This document shows positions 37,464 to 48,400 of a stretch of 64,000 bases of DNA, one piece after another (position 1 is the first letter of the stretch; the number at the start of each line of letters is the position of its first letter). The stretch covers positions 1,618 through 65,617 of the forward strand of contig CAMMZC010000004.1 in assembly GCA_946529215.1 (NCBI GenBank), written 5' to 3'. Origin of the DNA: an uncultured Clostridia bacterium. GTDB taxonomy: Bacteria > Bacillota > Clostridia > TANB77 > CAG-508. The position numbers and the translations under genes were made by a program. A model generated the notes under the pieces. The model saw only the letters and a list, made by a program, of their open reading frames with translations. It did no database searches and was not told the DNA's origin.

Positions 37464-38327
37464 ATGAGACCTGTTGTACCTCAAAAAAAAATAAACATTA
37501 AATTATTAATTGTATATATAATAATATTTGTGGCTTGTGTAGTTGGAATTGCCTTTGCACTAGCAAAAACAGAATATTTTGAAGAAGAAAATGTAGGAAG
37601 AGCTTTAGGAATAATAGACAAAGATTCTGAAAAAGAAGATGAATATAACGAACTAAAAAATGATTTTGATACAATTTTTACAAATCAAATAGAAAATTTA
37701 CAACAAGGAAATATCAATATACAAAAAATCAGTAATGATTATGATGTAGTAGTTACAGCATTTAATTATAAAGAAGATAAAGAAAATTGTGCAATAGATG
37801 TTTCGATACCATATATAAATGTTAATCATTCGTCAGCAAAAGAGTTTAATAAAAGAGTAAAACAGATATACAGGCAAAAAGCAGAAATTTTAAAAAATCA
37901 AACAAGTAGTATGAATATTATCTACACTGTACAATATAAAGCTTACTTACAAAATAATATTCTATCTTTAGCAATTCGATCTGAATATAAAGAAGGTGAA
38001 AAAAGCCAAAAGATTATGGTAGACACTTTTAACTACAATGTCGTAGAACAAAGAAAAGTTACGATAGATGAGATTTTAAAAATTAAAAATTTAAGAAATA
38101 CAGAAGCAACAAATAAAATTCGAAATGAAATAAAAGCTATACAAGAGCAAAATCAAGCATTAATAAGTTCAGGATATTCGATATATCAAAGAGATTATAA
38201 TTCTTCAATATATGATGTTTTAAACTGCAAGCAATTTTTGTATGGAAAAAATGGAATGCTATATGTTATTTATCCGTATGGAAATGAAGATAATACAAGC
38301 GAGACAGATATTGTAATCTTTGAATAA
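37464..38327 (+). CDS. Membrane-anchored hypothetical protein (single N-terminal TM, large extracytoplasmic domain)
   Basis: N-terminal LLIVYIIIFVACVVGIAFALA forms a TM helix. The rest is hydrophilic. No family recognised with confidence. Confidence 0.5.
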   Translation: MRPVVPQKKINIKLLIVYIIIFVACVVGIAFALAKTEYFEEENVGRALGIIDKDSEKEDEYNELKNDFDTIFTNQIENLQQGNINIQKISNDYDVVVTAFNYKEDKENCAIDVSIPYINVNHSSAKEFNKRVKQIYRQKAEILKNQTSSMNIIYTVQYKAYLQNNILSLAIRSEYKEGEKSQKIMVDTFNYNVVEQRKVTIDEILKIKNLRNTEATNKIRNEIKAIQEQNQALISSGYSIYQRDYNSSIYDVLNCKQFLYGKNGMLYVIYPYGNEDNTSETDIVIFE

Positions 38328-38508
38328 AAAAAATCCAGCTGTCTGTATAAACTGCTGAATTTTTGAAAATAAAAGGGGATGTAAGTTAGTTATTATTTTT
38401 AACTAACATATAATAAAATAATAAACTAGTTTTTTGTTCAAATTGTGAATAAAAAGTGAAGTTATTGTTATATATTCAAATCAATATAAAAAGTAAAGGA
38501 ATGATTGT

Positions 38509-39075
38509 ATGAATAAAACTAAGAGAAAAATTTTTGAAACTTCTATGAAGTTGTTTGCAAAAAAAGGGTATGATGCAACAAGTATAGAAGACATAACAGA
38601 AACAGTAGGAGTTGCAAAAGGAACTTTATATTATCATTTTACAAGCAAAGAAGAGATTTTTGATTTTTTAATTGAAGAAGGAATTAAGCTTTTACAAAAT
38701 AGTGTAGATATAAAAACTGCAAAATATACAAATTATTTAGATAAAATAAAAGCAATAGTTTTGATTCAAATAAAAATAGTAAATAAATATGAAGATTTAA
38801 TTAACATTATACTTACGCAACTATGGGGAAAAGAAAAAAGAAATCTAAAATGTCAAAAACTAATTTATGATTACATAGATAAAATCGAAGAGATTGTAAA
38901 ATTAGGGATAGCTAATGGGCAAATAAAAAAAGGAGATTCAAAAATTATTGCATCAGAAATATATGGTTTAATCTGTTCAACATTAGTGTATAAAATGAGA
39001 GAGCAGGAAAAATTTAATATAACAGATATGTATAATATTTTCGAAATAACTCTTATAAAAGGACTTAAAAAGTGA
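38509..39075 (+). CDS. TetR/AcrR family transcriptional regulator
   Basis: N-terminal HTH KRKIFETSMKLFAKKGYDATSIEDITETVGVAKGTLYYHFTSKEEIF. Confidence 0.8.
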   Translation: MNKTKRKIFETSMKLFAKKGYDATSIEDITETVGVAKGTLYYHFTSKEEIFDFLIEEGIKLLQNSVDIKTAKYTNYLDKIKAIVLIQIKIVNKYEDLINIILTQLWGKEKRNLKCQKLIYDYIDKIEEIVKLGIANGQIKKGDSKIIASEIYGLICSTLVYKMREQEKFNITDMYNIFEITLIKGLKK

Positions 39076-39195
39076 AAGTATTTTGACAAGTCAAAAAAGC
39101 AATTGCCCTAAAAAATGTATAAGTTAAATAAAAATAATGATATAATAAATTAAAATTAAGAACGCTTAAGCTGCTAGTACGTAGGGATAAAAGAA

Positions 39196-39256
39196 ATATT
39201 ACAAAAATATTACAAAAATGAAATAAAAGTGTAATAAAAATGTTACAAAAATGTAA
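39196..39256 (+). repeat. Tandem direct repeats of an 11-mer (ATTACAAAAAT x2, then the degenerate copies GTAATAAAAAT and GTTACAAAAAT) in the upstream region of the next gene
   Basis: Seen directly: aatATTACAAAAATATTACAAAAATgaaataaaagtGTAATAAAAATGTTACAAAAATgtaaac. A TTGTAG-N17-TATAAT promoter follows at about 39270-39305. Confidence 0.4.
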
Positions 39257-39350
39257 ACAAGAAAAAACGCCAATTTACTTGTAGAAATTTGCAACTTGTT
39301 GTATAATCAAAGTAGATTATGTAGTATAAACAAAGGAGGGAACTTTACAA

Positions 39351-40465
39351 TGTCTAAATTTGGCATAGTAAATATGAGCATGGTAATTACGGAGGAAAAG
39401 ATTTTATCAAATATTGATAAAGTTCAAAAACTTATAAATCCAAATAGTAAAAAACAAATAATAGAATTAGAAGAAGATTCTGACTTTAAAGATTTAGTAG
39501 AATCTATAAAAACATATTTAATAGAATATCCAAAGAAGAAAAATTTTCCAGTCAGTGTATATAAAGCTGCTTACGGATTAGTTGAGTTTGCTACATCACA
39601 ATTTGAAGAAAATACTAAAAAGATAGAAGGACTTATTAAGCAAAGAGAAGAAAATATTATTTTATCTGGTATTTTAAAAGATACATTAGGAATAGTTGAA
39701 AATGGAGAAGAAAGTTGGGAAGAACAAGTTGCTAAAGTTTCTAGCAAATTTGATGATGAAACAATAACTAATTTAAATAATATAGGAACTATTGAAGATA
39801 CTGATTCTACTGAATATAAAAACGCTGTGAAAAAAGTAAAAGCAAGAATAAATAATTTAGAATCTAATTTACATATAGAAATAGATATGGAAAGACTAGA
39901 AGATAGTTCTAAAGCTTTAAGTTACATAGGAATCGAAGTCGCAGATGCATTAAAACTAATACCTGCACCAGAAGAACAATTAGAAGCTGTTGCTGAACAA
40001 AATGCGATAGATGAAAAAGCTAAGACAACAGAACTTGCGATTTCTAAAGAAACTGAAACAGAAGAAACATTAGAACAATTAGTAAATGAAACATTGGCTG
40101 AGACAACCACAACATCTACTGTTTCTACTACAGCTGGAGCAACAAGAAAAGCAAAAGTTGCAAAAACAGGAGTTACAGGAACAGTTGCAACAGCAGGAGT
40201 AACAAATGGTGTAGTAGGAGCAACTGAGACAGCTAGCACTGTAGCAGGAACAACTAATGTTGGTGGAACAACTGGAATTCAAGAAACATTTAAAACAGAG
40301 CAACAACAATATATTGAGGAAACTACATTTGAAGCTAAGCCATCATTATGGCAAAGATTTAAAAATAGTAAATTTGTTAGAGCAGCAACTTATGTGTTTA
40401 GAATTAAAGTTAGAATTGAATTACCAAGTAATGCACTTCCAGAAGGAAGAGGAGAAAATAGGTAA
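39351..40465 (+). CDS. Hypothetical protein with a Thr/Ala/Gly/Val-rich low-complexity region
   Basis: ATG 39351 (MSKFGIV) follows the RBS aaaggaggg. The track ORF starts at 39296. Residues ~250-320 are TTTSTVSTTAGATRKAKVAKTGVTGTVATAGVTNGVVGATETASTVAGTTNVGGTTG. It is followed by a strong terminator. Confidence 0.5.
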
Positions 40466-40506
40466 TTACTATATGTAAAAAAATAAATATTTTTTATAAA
40501 GCATTG

Positions 40507-40534
40507 CAGACACTCGTGTGGGGTGTCTGTTTTT
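40507..40534 (+). terminator. Rho-independent terminator
   Basis: cagacac-tcgtgtgggg-tgtctg followed by ttttt. Confidence 0.65.
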
Positions 40535-40671
40535 GATAGGTGCAAAAAAATATGTTTACAAAATGAAAAAAAAATGATATTATATAGAAAATAAAAACGT
40601 GCAGAGAAGAACTGGTTTCAACTGGACTAAAAAAGAACTGGTCTCTTTTGCACAGAGAGGAAGTAATAAAT

Positions 40672-41340
40672 ATGGGATTTGTTGTAGCAATAGATGGACC
40701 TGCTGGTTCAGGGAAAGGAACAATAACAAAGTTAATAGCAGAAAAAAGGAACCTAGTATCAATAGATACAGGCGCAATGTATAGATGTGTAGCTTTAGAT
40801 TGCTTAAATAAAGGGATAAAGCCTAATGACATAGAAGGAATAAAGGCTATTTTAGAAAATATAAATATAGAGTTAACAAAAGAAAATGGAGAACAAAAAG
40901 TGTTTCTAAATGGAGAAGATGTAAGTAGAGAAATAAGAGAGCCAAGAGTAAATGAAGCAGTTTCTCCTTTTTCAGCTATTAAAGAAGTAAGAGACATAAT
41001 TACTCCAATGCAAAGAAAAATGGCGGAGAAACAAGATATAATTATGGAAGGAAGAGATATTGGTACTGTTGTATTTCCAAATGCAGATGTAAAAATATTT
41101 TTAGATGTTTCTCTTGAAGAAAGTGCTAGAAGAAGATATAAACAAAATCTAGAAAATGGAATAGAGACAACTTATGAAAATGAATTAGAAAAGTTAAAGC
41201 AAAGAAACAAATATGATTCAGAAAGAGATATTGTGCCATTTGTAAAAGCTGAAGACGCTATATTAGTAGATTCTACAAATATGAGCATAGATGAAGTAGT
41301 AGAAACAATTTTAAAAATAATAGATGAAAAATTAAAATAA
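40672..41340 (+). CDS. cmk: Cytidylate kinase
   Basis: MGFVVAIDGPAGSGKGT P-loop and a typical length of ~220 aa. The RBS agagagg precedes ATG 40672. The track ORF starts at TTG 40648. Confidence 0.9.
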   Translation: MGFVVAIDGPAGSGKGTITKLIAEKRNLVSIDTGAMYRCVALDCLNKGIKPNDIEGIKAILENINIELTKENGEQKVFLNGEDVSREIREPRVNEAVSPFSAIKEVRDIITPMQRKMAEKQDIIMEGRDIGTVVFPNADVKIFLDVSLEESARRRYKQNLENGIETTYENELEKLKQRNKYDSERDIVPFVKAEDAILVDSTNMSIDEVVETILKIIDEKLK

Positions 41341-41352
41341 GAAGGAGATAAC

Positions 41353-41952
41353 ATGAAAGTTATTAAAAATATTAGAAAAGCAATAGTTAGAGGTGCAATC
41401 TATTTGTATTGCAAAATTGTATATAGAGCAAAAATTACAGGAACTGAAAATATTCCTAGAAGTGGAGCAATTTTGCTTTGCGCAAACCATAAAAGTTTTT
41501 TAGATCCACCATTAATTGAGTCTACATGCAAAAGACCAGATGTTAGATTTTTAGCTAAAAAAGAACTTGCAAAAAGCAAATTTTTAGCACATATGGGAAA
41601 TCTATTCGGAGAAATTTTAGTTGAAAAAGATGCGAAAGATATGAAAGCTGTAAAAGAAGTTTTAAAAGCATTCAAAAACAATGAAGCAATTGCAATTTTT
41701 CCAGAGGGAACAAGAAATGGCTTAGCTAAAGGAGAAAAGGTTAAAGATGGAGCTGCTTTTTTTGCACTTAATTCAGATGCTATAGTTATTCCTGTTGGAG
41801 TAAAAGGCGGAGATAAACCTTTTCAAAAGGCTTATGTTACTTATGGTAAGCCAATAGATTTTTCTGAAGAGAAGAAAAATAGAAAAGACAAGGAAGTAGT
41901 AGAGAAAACTACAGAAAAAATAATGGAAGAAATTTTAAAATTGACAAAATAA
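41353..41952 (+). CDS. plsC: 1-acyl-sn-glycerol-3-phosphate acyltransferase
   Basis: Acyltransferase motifs CANHKSFLDPPLI (HX4D) and FPEGTRN. It sits directly downstream of cmk, as in many Firmicutes. Confidence 0.8.
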   Translation: MKVIKNIRKAIVRGAIYLYCKIVYRAKITGTENIPRSGAILLCANHKSFLDPPLIESTCKRPDVRFLAKKELAKSKFLAHMGNLFGEILVEKDAKDMKAVKEVLKAFKNNEAIAIFPEGTRNGLAKGEKVKDGAAFFALNSDAIVIPVGVKGGDKPFQKAYVTYGKPIDFSEEKKNRKDKEVVEKTTEKIMEEILKLTK

Positions 41953-42189
41953 ATTGAGGGAATATATATTATTTATCAAAAAAATATTAAATCGCGCGCG
42001 ATTAAATCGTGCACAATTTAATTATTTTCTACATAAAAATATAATTTTGGTAAAATCAAAGTTTTTGACAACAATTTATTATAAATCATATAATGATTTG
42101 TAATTAGCAAAGCAACTGACACAATCATTATAGAATAGAAATATAACAATACTGACTTTTAGCAATGATAGAAAGGAATTGGGTTTAAT

Positions 42190-45090
42190 ATGAATGACAA
42201 AATAGTAATAAAGGGAGCCAAGGAGCATAATTTAAAAAATATAAATGTTGAAATTCCTAGAGACAAGATGGTTGTAATAACAGGCTTATCAGGTTCTGGT
42301 AAGTCTTCTTTAGCGTTTGATACAATTTATGCAGAAGGACAAAGAAGATATGTAGAAAGTTTATCTTCGTATGCAAGACAGTTTTTAGGAGTAATGGAAA
42401 AGCCTAATGTTGATAAGATAGAAGGACTTTCACCTGCAATTTCAATAGACCAAAAAACAACATCAAAAAATCCTCGTTCAACAGTTGGAACAGTTACAGA
42501 AATATATGACTATATCCGTCTTTTGTATGCAAGAATAGGTGTACCATACTGTCCAAATTGTAACAAAAAAATTGAAAAACAAACTTTAGACCAAATTGTT
42601 GATAAAGTTTTAGAATTAGAAGAAGGAACAAGAATTCAAGTTCTTGCGCCTGTTGTTCGTGGTAAAAAAGGTGAATACAAAAAAGAATTAGAAAGCTACA
42701 GAAAAGCAGGATTTGTAAGAGTTCAAATTGATGGACAAGTTTATGATTTATCAGAAGATATTCAAATAGATAAAAACAAAAAGCATTACATAGAAATTAT
42801 TGTAGATAGATTAGTAATTCGCGAAGATATAAAAAGCAGGCTTACAGAATCTGTTGAAACAGCACTTTCTCATGCAAATAAATTAGTTGTAATAGAAGTT
42901 GCAAATAAGTTAGAAGAAAACAAGAAAAAATTAAATGATTTAGGTGCTAGAGATACTGCAAGTAGCAAAATGAAAGATGCAGAAACAAATGGCTCAAAAC
43001 AAATATTATTTAGTTGCAATTACGCTTGTCCTGATTGTGGATTTAGTTTTCCGGAAATAACTCCAAGAATGTTTTCTTTTAATGCACCAATGGGGGCTTG
43101 TCCATTATGTTTAGGTATTGGATATCTTATGAAAATGGACGAAGACTTAATTATTCCAGACAAAAACAAAACATTATATGATGGGGTAAAAGCATTTGGA
43201 GCAAGTACAATGAAACGTGGAGATACAATGGCAAAAATGTATTTTGAATCAATTGGAAGACACTATGGTGTAGATATTAAGAAGCCAATTAAGAAGCTTC
43301 CAAGAGAATTTTTAGAAAAAATCCTTTATGGAACAGGTGATGAAGAAATAGATTTTGAATATGAATCAAGTATTGGAACAAGACAATTTACTGCTCCATT
43401 TGAAGGTGTTATTCCAACACTAGAGAGACGTCATAATGAGACAAAATCTCAAGGAATGAGAGATTTTTATGAGATGTATATGAGCAATTCTGATTGTCCA
43501 ACATGTAAAGGTGCAAGACTTAAAAGAGAGGTTTTGTCAATTAGAATAGGGGATAAAAACATAAATGAATTAACATCAATGTCTATTGAAAAAATTCAAA
43601 GTTATTTAAGAAGTGTAGAACTTTCACAAACAGAAAAGCTTATTGCAGAAATGATTTTAATAGAAATAGACAAAAGACTTCAGTTTTTAATAGATGTAGG
43701 ATTATCTTATTTAACACTTTCAAGAAGTGCAGGAACATTATCTGGAGGAGAGGCACAAAGAATAAGGCTAGCAACACAAATAGGTTCAGGACTTACAGGA
43801 GTTTTATACATCCTTGATGAACCAAGCATAGGACTACATCAAAGAGATAATGCAAAATTAATTGCAACTCTTAAAAAATTAAGAGATTTAGGAAACACAC
43901 TAATAGTTGTAGAACATGATGAAGACACAATGTATGCAGCAGACCAGATTATAGACATTGGACCAGGTGCAGGAGTTCATGGAGGAAACCTAATTGCACA
44001 AGGAACCGCAGAGGAAATTAAGCAAGTAGAAGGTTCAATTACAGGAGCATACTTAAGTGGAAGAAAGAAAATAGAAATACCTAAAAAACGTAGAAAACCG
44101 GTTAAAGGCAAAAATATAGAAATAGTGGGAGCAACAGAAAACAATCTTAAAAATATAAGCGTAAAATTCCCACTTGGAGTATTTAACTGTGTTACAGGAG
44201 TTTCAGGTTCTGGAAAATCAACACTTGTAAATGAAATATTGTACAAAACAATTGCAAGAGACCTAAATGGTGCAAACGAAAAGCCTGGAAAATGCAAAGA
44301 AATAAAAGGTTTAGAAAATATAGACAAAATAATAAACATAGACCAATCTCCAATAGGAAGAACACCACGTTCAAATCCAGCAACATACACAGGAGTTTTT
44401 GATGATATAAGAGATATCTTTGCTAGCACAAATGAAGCAAAACTTCGTGGATACAACAAAGGAAGATTCAGCTTTAATGTTCCAGGAGGTAGATGTGAAG
44501 CTTGTAATGGAGATGGAGTTCACAAAATAGAGATGCACTTTTTAGCAGATGTTTATGTACCATGTGAAGTATGTAAAGGAAAAAGATACAATTACGAAAC
44601 ATTAGAAGTAAAATATAAAAACAAGAATATTGCAGATGTGCTAGATATGACAGTTGAAGAAGCATTAGAATTTTTTGATAAAATACCAAAAATAAAACAA
44701 AGAATTCAAACTCTATATGATGTAGGATTAGGATATATCAAACTTGGACAACCTTCAACAACTTTATCTGGTGGAGAAGCACAAAGAGTAAAACTTGCAA
44801 CAGAGCTTTCAAAGAGAGCAACAGGGAAAACTCTATACATATTAGATGAACCTACAACAGGGTTACATATAGCAGATGTTCATAGATTAATAAATATCTT
44901 GCAACGTCTTGTAGATACAGGAAATACAATAATTGTAATAGAACACAATTTAGATTTAATAAAAACTTGTGACCACATAATAGACTTAGGACCAGAAGGC
45001 GGAGATGGAGGAGGAACAGTAGTTGCAATTGGAACTCCTGAGCAGGTTGCAAAAAATGAGAAGAGCTTTACTGGGGAATTTTTGAGATAA
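42190..45090 (+). CDS. uvrA: Excinuclease ABC subunit A
   Basis: Two ABC ATPase modules ([28 protein letters not shown]; [17 protein letters not shown]), zinc-finger CxxC pairs and a length of 966 aa. Confidence 0.95.
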   Translation: MNDKIVIKGAKEHNLKNINVEIPRDKMVVITGLSGSGKSSLAFDTIYAEGQRRYVESLSSYARQFLGVMEKPNVDKIEGLSPAISIDQKTTSKNPRSTVGTVTEIYDYIRLLYARIGVPYCPNCNKKIEKQTLDQIVDKVLELEEGTRIQVLAPVVRGKKGEYKKELESYRKAGFVRVQIDGQVYDLSEDIQIDKNKKHYIEIIVDRLVIREDIKSRLTESVETALSHANKLVVIEVANKLEENKKKLNDLGARDTASSKMKDAETNGSKQILFSCNYACPDCGFSFPEITPRMFSFNAPMGACPLCLGIGYLMKMDEDLIIPDKNKTLYDGVKAFGASTMKRGDTMAKMYFESIGRHYGVDIKKPIKKLPREFLEKILYGTGDEEIDFEYESSIGTRQFTAPFEGVIPTLERRHNETKSQGMRDFYEMYMSNSDCPTCKGARLKREVLSIRIGDKNINELTSMSIEKIQSYLRSVELSQTEKLIAEMILIEIDKRLQFLIDVGLSYLTLSRSAGTLSGGEAQRIRLATQIGSGLTGVLYILDEPSIGLHQRDNAKLIATLKKLRDLGNTLIVVEHDEDTMYAADQIIDIGPGAGVHGGNLIAQGTAEEIKQVEGSITGAYLSGRKKIEIPKKRRKPVKGKNIEIVGATENNLKNISVKFPLGVFNCVTGVSGSGKSTLVNEILYKTIARDLNGANEKPGKCKEIKGLENIDKIINIDQSPIGRTPRSNPATYTGVFDDIRDIFASTNEAKLRGYNKGRFSFNVPGGRCEACNGDGVHKIEMHFLADVYVPCEVCKGKRYNYETLEVKYKNKNIADVLDMTVEEALEFFDKIPKIKQRIQTLYDVGLGYIKLGQPSTTLSGGEAQRVKLATELSKRATGKTLYILDEPTTGLHIADVHRLINILQRLVDTGNTIIVIEHNLDLIKTCDHIIDLGPEGGDGGGTVVAIGTPEQVAKNEKSFTGEFLR

Positions 45091-45115
45091 TTTTCTGAAT
45101 TTTAAGTGAACATAG

Positions 45116-45154
45116 CAAAAACAACTCTTTACATTGTAGTAGGGAGTTGTTTTT
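45116..45154 (+). terminator. Rho-independent terminator of uvrA
   Basis: aaaaacaactc-N17-gagttgttttt. Confidence 0.6.
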
Positions 45155-45207
45155 GTTGATAAGTACTGTTTTTTCCTGTTTCAACAGGAGACATTTTTTA
45201 TTGCATA

Positions 45208-45229
45208 GGAAAAATCGCTAGATTTTTCC
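45208..45229. repeat. Hairpin ggaaaaatc-gcta-gatttttcc, sharing its core with the hairpin at 19134-19172
   Basis: Both loci contain ataggaaaaatcg...atttttcc...(g/a)caacaa, and in both a promoter and a suspected accessory module follow within ~150 nt. Confidence 0.35.
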
Positions 45230-45417
45230 GGAGCAACAAGGTTAAGTTTCTTTGATTCGTGCGGTTGCCAAGCAACCTGCACATGTGTCGAAGCCACTTT
45301 TCTTATTTGTAATATTTCTGTAATCAAAACTTAATATAAAAAAGTAATAAATTTATTGAAAGATAAAAAGTAAATTGATATAATACAAGTATAGTAATAG
45401 AAAAAAGGATGTGTACT

Positions 45418-48400
45418 ATGGAAAAATTAGATTTACAAACGTTTAGAGAACTAAAACAAGAAGTAATTGATATGATAAATAAATATAAAGAAGCAGATGA
45501 CAGAGGAGAATATCTTTCTGATGAAGAAGTACAACAATTTTTAACAAGATATAAAGAAATTATAGAAATATTATCAGAACATGATTTAAGTGATATAGAT
45601 TTTGAAGAATGGCGAGGAATGTATATCGGAACCAATGATGATTTTCCAATAGATTTCTCAAAAACAAAGGCAAATTTAGATTTTTCGATTATTGAATATG
45701 AAGACTTTTCTGATTTTGATTTTCCAAATTTTAGAGGTTGTCAAATAAAAAATTTTGACTTTGATAAATACAAATATAGCCCAGAGATGTTTGATGAGGG
45801 ATTTAGAAAAGAAAATGAAGGAAGATTCTTAAGTGAAAATATACCAGAAGATATTAGGGACAGATTTTATACTGGAAAACTTACATTAACAGATATAAGA
45901 AATAATCCTGAATTAGCTAACAAAATTTCAGAAAAAAATATAGATTATGAATTGAGATATATTTATAATTTTTTAGGTAGAGAAGAATTTTGTAAATTAG
46001 ATGAAGCCTTTATAGATGGTACATTTGGTTACAGTTGGAAAGAAGTATTAGAACAAAATCCTGATAAAAAAACAGCAAACGAAATTATGCCTATTTTATA
46101 TAAAGCGGCGAGAGAAAAGATAATTGGATATCGTGATGTATACCCATTTAACAGATTTGATTATTCACAAGAGCAATTAGGGCAGAAGTTTAAAGAGTTG
46201 AATCCAGATTTATTTTTACCTGAAGAAACACCTGATATTATAAAAGAAAGATATTATCACCATATCTTGTCAATTTTAGAATTTTCTGAAAATTTAAAAT
46301 ATTTTGAAGGGAAAAAAATTTCACAAGCATTTGTAAATGGATTTTCAACAGAAGGCATAAAACTAGTATCTCTTTATGGAGATAATCTATATCAACTTTT
46401 TAGTAAATATAAGCCAATAATGGATAAAATAATAACTACTAGCATAATTAGAATTATTGAAATACCAAATGGACCAATAACAGAGGAACAAAGAACAGAA
46501 ATAATGAAAACAATTGTAAAAGAATGCTTTGGGGGATATAATAGAATTGATGGAGTAGAAGATTGGTCAATGTTAAAGATGGTGCTAGATTTCGTATCTT
46601 TAACGGATCTAGTAGGAGCTGATATCAGAGCACAAGCTCTATTAGGAAAATATAATATTGATGATTTAATTGAAGCTGGTTTAGAGTTCAATGAAACTTA
46701 TAGTGAAGGAAAACTTGTTACTAATTTAGAAAAATTAAAAAAGTTATCTAATATTATTCAGCCAGAAGATATGATTCATTTATGTGGCTTAACAAAATTG
46801 ATCTTAATCGAAAAATATGGAATAGATAAACTAATAGAATATGGAATAAAAGATTTAGATGAATTATCAGAAACAATAAATGATTTATATAAAATTAAGG
46901 AAATGCTTGAAAAAAGACCTATAGAGCTAATTAATATGGGAGGTAATTATTCACAACAAAATAGAAAATTTATAGAGAAATATGGAATAGATAATATTAT
47001 TGCTTTAGACGAAGAAACAAATGGAATGTTTTCTCATCAGCTATGGCATAATGATATTTTTTTATCGATGATGGCTATTGCAGATAGTAGAACTCCTGAA
47101 AAAGAAAATGATAAACAGCTTACTTATAATCAATTTAGAGATAGAATGTATGAAATTTTGCTACATGCAAGAGATGAAAGAGGGGTATTAACTTCAAGAG
47201 ATTTCCAAGATTACGATTTTATTCAAGGTAAATTCAGAGAGGAACATCAAGAAATATTTATAGACGAAGATCTTCCAGAAGATGTAAAAAGAGCTTTTTA
47301 TACTAGACATATGACAGCAGAAATGGTAATGCAAAATCCTGAACTTATTCAATTACTACAAGGAAAAGATTTAAGCAGAGCATTTCCACAAAATATGACA
47401 GCTGGTCTTGCTTTATTACAGAAAGATAAAGAGGGAAATATAATCGGAGGAATTCCCAATACAGTAAATATGGCTGAGTGCCTTTCACAAAAATTAGGAC
47501 AAGAAGAATTTTTGAAAATATGTGCTGATTATGGAAAATGTTTAGATGAAATTAATTTATTTATTGGAGATGAAAAAACACCTGAAGAGATTAAAATGCT
47601 TATAGAACATACAATTTATCTAGATATAAAACAAAGAGGAATAGAGTATTTTGAAGAATTACCATTAAGTTTTCAAAAAAAACATCCAGAATTATTCCTT
47701 CCAAAAGAAGTTGATGAAGAATTAAGAAGTAAATTCTATGCTGGAAAATTATCTTTTGAAGATATAAGAAAAAATCCACAATTAAAAGATATTTTACGCA
47801 CAAAGGATGTTAGTGTAGGCTTTGGTAGAATAAAATATGTACAGCCAACGCTTTTTAGAAATGTTCAAAGAGATGTTAAGCCAATGTGGGAAATATTATC
47901 TGAGCAAGAAATTATGGATTTCGCTGAAGAATATGGAAGATATTTAAATGATGTCGACCAAAGTATTTTTATTGAAGGACAAAGCAAAGAAGAAATAAAA
48001 AAAGCATTAGAAGCAAATATTGAGCAAAATATTTTAGACAGAAAATCTTTATTTGCTCCAAGTGTACCATCATTTTTTAAACAAATTCACCCAGACATGT
48101 TTTTAGATAGTAATGCTCCTGATGAACTAAAATCTGTTTTTTATGATGCCTCAAGAATACGTAATAGAATTTATGGTGGAGAAATTGATTTTCAGCTAAT
48201 AAAATACCATCCAGAATGGAGAGAATTTTTACAAGGTAAAGATTTAAGTAGAGCATTTTCGAGCGAGTATAGTGAACTATTTAAAAGATTTGATAGTAGT
48301 ACTCTTATGAAATTAGGAACAAGAAATCCAGAGACTATAGAAAAAATGGTGCAAAATCATATGGAAGATGTCTTAGAAGGTTGGTATAAATCTACAGGAG

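Noticed and set aside
39196-39256. Short tandem repeats considered as a possible CRISPR array.
   Set aside because: The repeat units are 11 nt with no spacers of 25-40 nt and no cas genes. They fit regulator-binding iterons, not CRISPR.
40600-40671. A PyrR-box-like CAGAGAGG in the cmk leader (uuuugcaCAGAGAGGaagu), together with the direct repeats AGAACTGG x2.
   Set aside because: The 8-nt core coincides with the cmk Shine-Dalgarno (AGAGAGG). I cannot build the surrounding conserved PyrR stem-loop (ARUCCAGAGAGGCU within a hairpin), and cmk is not a typical PyrR target. It is most likely just the RBS.
41953-42189. Searched the uvrA upstream region for a LexA/DinR (Cheo) box, CGAAC-N4-GTTCG.
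   Set aside because: No GAAC...GTTC dyad is present. The only CGAACA half-site in the window is at 19212, far from uvrA.
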